From a virus (taxonomy: Duplodnaviria; Caudoviricetes): a DNA stretch of 31,361 bases. The position numbers and the translations under genes are program-made. Below are positions 25,531 through 31,361 of the stretch, piece by piece. The notes below the pieces were generated by a model, which was not told the origin of the DNA, did not search any database, and saw only the letters and a program-made list of their open reading frames with translations. The stretch lies in IMG/VR virus record IMGVR_UViG_3300032260_000016, positions 1 through 31,361 of that record, one strand, 5' to 3'. Position 1 is the stretch's first letter, and each line of letters opens with the position of its first letter.

Positions 25531-26505
25531 TTATGGAGAGATCTCATCTATCTTCTCCACCAGAATCTCTAAAGCTGAATGAATCTGAAGTAGTGCTGCA
25601 TATACTTCTGGGTCTTCTACCTCTGGGACATTACCTAGATTAAGGTTTATAGCACTATTGATTGTAGCTATAGGCGCAGTGTTAGGTAGACCTAAATCTA
25701 TTGTTGCTACTCTAGGAGTGATAACTAAGGAGTCTGTAGTAGCAGTTACATTTACATCAAGAGATATAGTAGCTACATTCTCTGTGAGATTTAAGAGATC
25801 TACAACAGTAAGTATATTAGTGCCAAAAGCTACTGTGGCTACATTCTCTGCTAAGGTGAGTGCATCAGTAGTGACTGCTATATCGCGATCAAGAGCTATC
25901 TCTGCAGCATTAGGAACTAAGGAGAGAGCATCTGTAGTTACTGCTACATTATAGCCTATGTCTATAGATGTTGTATTAGCTGTTATAGTAAGTGCGTCAG
26001 TTGTAGCAGTTACGTTCACACCGAGAGTGATTGCAGCCGCCTGCTCTGCTAAGGTGAGAGCTGCTGTAGTGGCTAGTATACTTATATCATTAGCTATAGA
26101 CGCAGCTTGAGGAGTAAGTGTAAGCGCGTCTGTGACGGCTAGAACATTCCTATCTAATATGATTGTAGCTGTATTAGCAGTGATAACTAATGCATCGGTA
26201 GTAGCTGAGATACTTATATCTAATGCGACTGATGTAGCATTCTCTGTGAGTGCAAGAGCATCTGTAGTTGCTATAACATTTGTGTCGCCTGCTGAGAGAT
26301 CTACAGTAGCTGCATTCTCAGTAAGAATGAGAATATCAGTAGTGGTTGTTATAGATATATCTAAAGCTATTGAGGCTGTAACTTCTGTTAATACTAACGC
26401 ATCAGTGGTAGCTGTTACAGAAGTGTCTCCAGTAGCCTCTTGCTTCTCTATAGCTCCTCTATCTATACCGCTCTTCTGTATAGCGCCCCGGTCTAGGAAG
26501 CTCAT
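25531..26505 (-). CDS. Fibre-associated repeat protein with 11 repeats of about 22 aa
   Basis: Consensus approx. xNVxATTDALTLTENxATIxLD repeated 11 times; helical C-terminal domain. Confidence 0.8.
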   Translation of the reverse strand: MSFLDRGAIQKSGIDRGAIEKQEATGDTSVTATTDALVLTEVTASIALDISITTTTDILILTENAATVDLSAGDTNVIATTDALALTENATSVALDISISATTDALVITANTATIILDRNVLAVTDALTLTPQAASIANDISILATTAALTLAEQAAAITLGVNVTATTDALTITANTTSIDIGYNVAVTTDALSLVPNAAEIALDRDIAVTTDALTLAENVATVAFGTNILTVVDLLNLTENVATISLDVNVTATTDSLVITPRVATIDLGLPNTAPIATINSAINLNLGNVPEVEDPEVYAALLQIHSALEILVEKIDEISP

Positions 26506-26687
26506 CTCGGACGCAATCTATTCTTTTCTGTATAAGAGTCTTCCGCTAACTCAATCAGTGCATTGTATACAGCTCTGTTAGCATCTTCAGTAGTACATTG
26601 ATTCCTTATGCGAAAATCAGCTATCAGTGTATCCAGTGAGTTAGTAATAATTGTAGCTTCTGCTGCTGGTATAATTAGCTTATTCAT
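26502..26687 (-). CDS. Small hypothetical protein, possible assembly chaperone
   Basis: 61 aa; translationally coupled on both sides; GGAG RBS. Confidence 0.6.
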   Translation of the reverse strand: MNKLIIPAAEATIITNSLDTLIADFRIRNQCTTEDANRAVYNALIELAEDSYTEKNRLRPR

Positions 26688-27691
26688 TAAGGGAGGTCTC
26701 CTGCGTCTACACCATTATCAATTGGGGCACTTGCAGCAGCTAGTGTGTAATCACGAGTCGCTGAATTAGTGAATGGATCACTATTAGCAGTCTCGTCACT
26801 AACACCTTGAGTAATCTGAGAGATGGAGGTCGCACAACTAACAACATCATTATAATCACTAAGATTTATAGAATCAGAATCAACGCCATTGCCACTATTA
26901 CCAGCATCAAGTATACCGATGACACAATCCATAACAATATTATTAATAGCAAAGAATGGGTGAGAGGTAGACGAGCTTTGATGTAACCCTTCAGTGCCCG
27001 CTGCATCATCTCCATCCACAGTACAACGTATGTGACCGCCAGACCCAGTAAACCTAATTTGACCATTAGTATTAGCATAAGCAATACATGAGACAGCTAT
27101 GCCTGCATTAGCTAACCAGCCATGGCCTGTATTAGTATGAAACTTACAAACTAGAGCATAACAATCATTATCTACATCAATACCACCAGCACCATTATTA
27201 TCAGCAGTGCATAGATAAAATAAGTGCAGGTTATCGCCCTGTAGCCCATAACTATCATTATTATCAAATCTGCAGCCTACCCAAGTACAGCTATCCCCAG
27301 TAACTCCCATATCAACACCAGTACCACTACCTCCAGTGAATCTAAATCCTTTGAATAAGTGATACCAAGCTACTGATCCAGACATTAGCATTGCATTAGT
27401 CAGTGTATTAACATTAGCATCAAGTATAACAATAGGCCCGTCTACTGGACTCCAGTCACCTATAGTAGTTGTGTAGGCTTCATAGGTAACCGGTGACGAA
27501 TGTGTAGCTGTAGTTAAGGAGATATTGAGTACTGCGCCTGTAGCACCATCTTGGTCTGAATATGTTCCTGCTTTCACCCATACTTTATCTCCCGCTACTA
27601 CATTATCAGCAGACTCAGCAAGAGTAAAAGGGTCTCCAGACGTTCCAGCTCCTCCACCAGCAGCGCCAGCAGTTACATAGTATTGAGACAT
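26687..27691 (-). CDS. Right-handed parallel beta-helix (pectin-lyase-like) protein, putative adhesin or depolymerase
   Basis: YYV...GTSGDPF...AGDKVWVKAGTY N-cap, repeated C.F..N...G coils, C-terminal DPF...DYTL....PIDNG; AGGAGG RBS. Confidence 0.8.
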   Translation of the reverse strand: MSQYYVTAGAAGGGAGTSGDPFTLAESADNVVAGDKVWVKAGTYSDQDGATGAVLNISLTTATHSSPVTYEAYTTTIGDWSPVDGPIVILDANVNTLTNAMLMSGSVAWYHLFKGFRFTGGSGTGVDMGVTGDSCTWVGCRFDNNDSYGLQGDNLHLFYLCTADNNGAGGIDVDNDCYALVCKFHTNTGHGWLANAGIAVSCIAYANTNGQIRFTGSGGHIRCTVDGDDAAGTEGLHQSSSTSHPFFAINNIVMDCVIGILDAGNSGNGVDSDSINLSDYNDVVSCATSISQITQGVSDETANSDPFTNSATRDYTLAAASAPIDNGVDAGDLP

Positions 27692-27718
27692 TGCTAACCT
27701 CCTAGACTGCTGTAACTA

Positions 27719-28156
27719 TTAAGTAATAGTAAAGAGACCACCAGCGCCCCAAGTGACAGTAAGCGCACCAGCGCTCATATCCACTGGCCCACCTAACTCT
27801 ATGAAGCATAGTGCATCTTTACCTGCATCTGTAAAGTTATATACTATACCCCAGTAAGCATCCACATCATTAGAAGCATTTTGTGCCCAGGTAGGGTTTA
27901 CCGTAGAGTCAAATGTCATAACTCCAGCAGCTTCTGAGACTAAGGTGCTTAATGCGCCAAGTGATGTACCATTAGCTACATAAGAGCCTGCTGCCCCTAC
28001 TTCTGTAAAGTCACCAAATACTGGAGTTGCTGTAGCTGCCGTAGGTATTGTAGTATTATCCATAATAGCTAGATAGAATACATCAGTAGAAGCCCAATCA
28101 CCAGCTAGCATCTTAGCCTTGGCTTCATCAAACACAATCAGATCACCTGTAGCCAT
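27719..28156 (-). CDS. Small beta-sandwich virion fibre subunit
   Basis: 145 aa; EV...GSY..NG..L, TFD....TW, G.LTVTW..GGLFTI pattern seen in phage fibre-type proteins. Confidence 0.65.
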   Translation of the reverse strand: MATGDLIVFDEAKAKMLAGDWASTDVFYLAIMDNTTIPTAATATPVFGDFTEVGAAGSYVANGTSLGALSTLVSEAAGVMTFDSTVNPTWAQNASNDVDAYWGIVYNFTDAGKDALCFIELGGPVDMSAGALTVTWGAGGLFTIT

Positions 28157-28159
28157 TTT

Positions 28160-29653
28160 CTATCTCCTTCCATTAAGAGTGTATGTAATAAATAAGGTAG
28201 ATAAGCTAAACTTACCTATGAGTAATAGTGAGTGAGTCTTAGCTGTAGTATGGAAAGCATATTTTCTCATATTATCCACAGAAGATACCAGAGTTCCGGC
28301 AGCTTTACTAGAAGTAGTCTTGCCATTAAGAGAAGCTAGATCGGTTATAGAAAAGGTAGAAGCTGTCTCCACATTCTCAATCTCTACTCCTTGTAATGTG
28401 GTCATCCTATTTCTAGTAAACTGAAGCTTACCAAATATAACTACTCCATTAGAGGTAACTGAGGGAGAGGAGAAGTCTAAAACTTTAACTTCTCCTGTCT
28501 CCAATAAGAAAGCTATAGACTCCTTACTTACCTCAACTTGTGCCCCTACATACTCAAAACAATCTACATGAGTTACCTTGAGCTTGCCTAATCTCTTAAG
28601 AGTAACATCATATACAAGAGCATGAGTGAACTCTGTTATCCCATAGCTTATAACAAGATACCTAGAAGCTATGAACTTAACCTTCTTAAGCATAGTAGTA
28701 GTAAGGTCAGTGACTGTAAAGTCTGTAGTACCTTCATCAAAGTCTTCGAATCTCTTACCTGCGAGGAAATCTGTAGCTTCTGGAAGTATAAGATCAGCTT
28801 TCTGAGAAGTTATAGACTGCACTCCTGCTTTTGAATAGGAAAACTGAGATACACTATTAGCTTCATAAGCTACAAGATCTAGAGAGATCCCTCCTTTAGA
28901 TGAAGCTACCTCTCTTAGTTTAAATGGGTACTGAGTATTACCAGTATATGCGCCTGATACATTATTAGTTTCAGTGTAGAATATGACTCCTAGAGAGTTA
29001 GCTAATGCGAAGACTATCTCCCCTCCTAAGTTAGATACACTGCCTCCTCCAGCACCAGTAACAGTACTTGGAACGAAATCTGTTGGATCTATCGTACTAC
29101 TCCAAGCCATGTCAAATACAGTGTAGCAGATTAGGTGGCCAGAGGAAGCTACTACCCCTATAGTATTTACTAGATTTATACCAGTAAGAGCTATTGAATC
29201 TATTGTATCTGTAGCCTCATTATAGATATAACAGCCTACAGATTTATAATATATATAGGATACTCCATTCACTGTGCCTACTGTTATATCATTTACAGGA
29301 GTAGCAGTAGTAGAGGCTAGCTTAAGCCATACAGAAGTCCCAGATTTAATTACATATATGTCGCCATCAGAGGTGAATCCAAGATATAATCTAGTTCGTA
29401 CATTACCATAGATTACCCTGACATCAGAGAAAGTAACTACTGCTGGTGCTGGCGCAGGGATAGTAGATAGATAGCCTACTGACTCTAAGCCATCAATCGA
29501 AGGCATTACATTATGGCAGTAATAAGCTCCCGGAGCCTCAATAGATCCAGGTCTAGTCTTATCTGAGCCACCTATGATAGTTCTAGGCTGCTGCTCAGAT
29601 AAGAGAGGAAAGGTAATATCCTTTATAGAGAGTGTATAGTCTCTTAGTGCCAT
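28160..29653 (-). CDS. Tail nozzle / DNA stabilisation protein (P22 gp10 / T7 gp12-like beta-propeller)
   Basis: About 497 aa, beta-rich; HNVMP...G..SVGY and AWSS..DPTDF patterns; position between tail genes and ejection proteins. Start placed at MALRDY. Confidence 0.7.
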   Translation of the reverse strand: MALRDYTLSIKDITFPLLSEQQPRTIIGGSDKTRPGSIEAPGAYYCHNVMPSIDGLESVGYLSTIPAPAPAVVTFSDVRVIYGNVRTRLYLGFTSDGDIYVIKSGTSVWLKLASTTATPVNDITVGTVNGVSYIYYKSVGCYIYNEATDTIDSIALTGINLVNTIGVVASSGHLICYTVFDMAWSSTIDPTDFVPSTVTGAGGGSVSNLGGEIVFALANSLGVIFYTETNNVSGAYTGNTQYPFKLREVASSKGGISLDLVAYEANSVSQFSYSKAGVQSITSQKADLILPEATDFLAGKRFEDFDEGTTDFTVTDLTTTMLKKVKFIASRYLVISYGITEFTHALVYDVTLKRLGKLKVTHVDCFEYVGAQVEVSKESIAFLLETGEVKVLDFSSPSVTSNGVVIFGKLQFTRNRMTTLQGVEIENVETASTFSITDLASLNGKTTSSKAAGTLVSSVDNMRKYAFHTTAKTHSLLLIGKFSLSTLFITYTLNGRR

Positions 29654-29657
29654 AGTA

Positions 29658-29909
29658 TTAGTGCCACTTCCCATCTATGAAGAAAGCCCATAATGCAGCT
29701 AGAGCAAGAACAAAACCAGTACTCCACTTAACAAAACGAACTAAACCATTAGCTGTTCTCCAAGCAGTAACTAGGCCAGCTACATTATCTGTAAGATGAT
29801 CTATTTTTTCTTCTAGATTCTGCAGACGTAATTCATAATGATCAGGAGATCTACGCTCTGGGCCATGATATGAAGGGGCAGGTTTAGATTTAGGTTCTGA
29901 AGTATCCAT
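29658..29909 (-). CDS. Holin-like membrane protein (coiled coil plus C-terminal TM helix)
   Basis: YHGPERR motif, heptad region, hydrophobic WSTGFVLALAALWAFF. Confidence 0.55.
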   Translation of the reverse strand: MDTSEPKSKPAPSYHGPERRSPDHYELRLQNLEEKIDHLTDNVAGLVTAWRTANGLVRFVKWSTGFVLALAALWAFFIDGKWH

Positions 29910-31132
29910 TAGTTTATCAAGAAGCTGCCAGAGATATAGAAGCTAGCTGCAGCTGTAAGCTTATCTACATGCATAGCACTAACTCCAGTTGTTGCTGTCC
30001 ATTGAGATAGAGATAGCTTATCGGTGCCCCCTCCCATAGTACACTCTACGGCATCTTTTGCAGCAGGGAGAGCCATCCCACTAAAAGCGACGAACGAGCC
30101 TGGAGAGTTCATGCCAGATCTAGCTATCACTGGAAAGTTACCTATATGTGCAGGATCAGTGCCTACTAAAGTGCCCAAGCTAGACATTGTCATCCAGATG
30201 TCATAAAAGAATCTATTCTCTATAATACTATACCAGCCTTGCTGTACACTATATGTAGGATCTGTAGCTACCCCTACACCTAATTTAGAGTCCCATAATT
30301 CAGGGAGAAAAGATCCTCTAGTTCCATTAGCATATACAATATCTGTACCATCACAGCGTAGAAGTATCTCTTCTCCTGCAGCTATAGATACTAATGGAGG
30401 TAGTGAAAGATAAGGAGTCAGTATTTGAGCTGTACTATTCTTCATATAGAATAATCTCTCAACAGAACCTATTTCAATATTGGTAGATCCAGTAAGTAAA
30501 GCTCCTGTATCTGTAATCTCCAGATTAGGGTAAGTGTTCTGCAAGTCTGTAAGAGTATAGGCTCCTCCACCAGGATCAGCAGTCATGTTATGAGCTATAG
30601 ATTTAATCACAGGCTGTTCTTGAGTTCTCACCCAGCCAATAGTGCCATCTCCTCCAGTTGGACGTAAGATTGTAAGATCATCATCCACATAGGTTCCAAT
30701 AGCTGCACCAGTAAACTTCTGAAAGAAGTTCTCTCCTGTGTCACCCACAGTAGTTTTACCTTGTGCAAAGAGTAAAGTCTCAGTACCAGCATAATCTCTA
30801 ATAGCTTGGTAATTAGTCACAAAGATATCAGTGTCTCTTACATCTACTGTGCCTGTGATACCAGTGTAACCTACGACTACAATCTTATCATTAAGGGTAG
30901 CAGGTACTACAAGACTAAAAGTGCTCGTAGTACCTTCAGTGAAATCAACTCCAAGTTCCATGTGTACGCCATTCTTAAATACCTCTAAGGCTCCAGTACC
31001 TAGAGCATAAGTGAATCCAACAATGGTAAATAGAGTCTGGTTAGCTGTAGCTGTAAAACTCTCAGTAACTCTCTTTGTGTCAGCAATAAGATCTACTAAA
31101 GATCTTGGCTGCCAAACATTAGCTTCACCCAT
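29909..31132 (-). CDS. Tail fibre / tailspike-like protein
   Basis: FTATANQTLF...LEVFKNG N-terminal module, G....GD.G..F...DD....GWVR module, beta-sandwich tip; GAAGGAG RBS before ATG 31132. Confidence 0.8.
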   Translation of the reverse strand: MGEANVWQPRSLVDLIADTKRVTESFTATANQTLFTIVGFTYALGTGALEVFKNGVHMELGVDFTEGTTSTFSLVVPATLNDKIVVVGYTGITGTVDVRDTDIFVTNYQAIRDYAGTETLLFAQGKTTVGDTGENFFQKFTGAAIGTYVDDDLTILRPTGGDGTIGWVRTQEQPVIKSIAHNMTADPGGGAYTLTDLQNTYPNLEITDTGALLTGSTNIEIGSVERLFYMKNSTAQILTPYLSLPPLVSIAAGEEILLRCDGTDIVYANGTRGSFLPELWDSKLGVGVATDPTYSVQQGWYSIIENRFFYDIWMTMSSLGTLVGTDPAHIGNFPVIARSGMNSPGSFVAFSGMALPAAKDAVECTMGGGTDKLSLSQWTATTGVSAMHVDKLTAAASFYISGSFLIN

Positions 31133-31155
31133 AGTAGGCTCCTTCAAATAAAGAT

Positions 31156-31361
31156 TTAATATCCAACATCAGATAGTCCTGACATTCTAAGTAATACATA
31201 CTCTTCTGCTACAAGTCTCTCATAAGCAGAAGACTGTTCATCAAATCCAATAGTTTTAAATATAACTCTAGCAGCTTCCTTTATAATAGCATATGGATGC
31301 TGCTCAGCTACCCAGGAAGCATACCCTGTGTCTGTCACTATAGGTAATACATAGCATCCTA
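31156..31361 (-). CDS. C-terminus of a putative tail adaptor (tubular protein A-like), truncated by the window end
   Basis: Frame open to the edge (GCYVLPIVTDTGYASWVAEQHPYAII...); lies immediately upstream of the tail fibre. Confidence 0.6.
   Translation of the reverse strand, partial: GCYVLPIVTDTGYASWVAEQHPYAIIKEAARVIFKTIGFDEQSSAYERLVAEEYVLLRMSGLSDVGY

Larger units (their letters stand above)
1..31361. mobile_element. Tailed dsDNA phage genome fragment (podovirus-like): replication arm on +, virion arm on -
   Basis: Dense co-oriented genes with ATGA overlaps; phage-type PolA, Sak4/SSB/nuclease module, ThyX, tail and ejection-like proteins; no host housekeeping genes. Confidence 0.95.

Noticed and set aside
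74-30988. Antisense or out-of-frame ORFs in the track (e.g. 3292-3684, 3669-4016, 8475-8834, 10283-10522, 25658-25954, 26132-26581)
   Set aside because: They are nested within well-supported genes, lack an RBS or motifs, and are explained as shadows of codon bias or repeats
1-31361. Stop-codon reassignment, suggested by the abundance of TAG
   Set aside because: Long conserved genes are intact in the standard code, and TAG ends many genes cleanly (e.g. 4072, 5696, 8760, 16615)

Overview
This window is a fragment of a tailed dsDNA bacteriophage genome with podovirus-like organisation, AT-rich and read with the standard genetic code. It has two convergent arms meeting at about 17,295. The + strand arm (1-17,293) carries replication, recombination and nucleotide-metabolism genes: a RecD2/Dda-like SF1B helicase, a Cas4/RecB-like PD-(D/E)XK nuclease, a Sak4-like ATPase, an SSB, a family A DNA polymerase, a DUF3987/AAA+-type helicase, a DHH phosphoesterase, ThyX and many small hypothetical genes. 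The - strand arm (17,300-31,361) carries virion genes: tail adaptor C-terminus, tail fibre, holin-like protein, tail nozzle, a four-gene fibre/adhesin cassette and three probable ejection proteins. No integrase, primase, tRNA or CRISPR array is visible. The most unusual locus is 3,185-4,945. There, a sigma70 promoter and stacked palindromes precede a strongly codon-optimised 253-aa unknown gene. It is followed by a highly base-paired + strand RNA with many G-U wobbles and C-rich, anti-Shine-Dalgarno-like loops, then a small basic ORF and a second structured region. Other notable features are the polymerase's degenerate UDG-like domain and His at the 762-equivalent position, an 11 x 22-aa repeat protein that may act as a ruler, and a small ORF broken by an 8-bp tandem repeat. 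All family calls come from motif recognition by eye; no searches were run.
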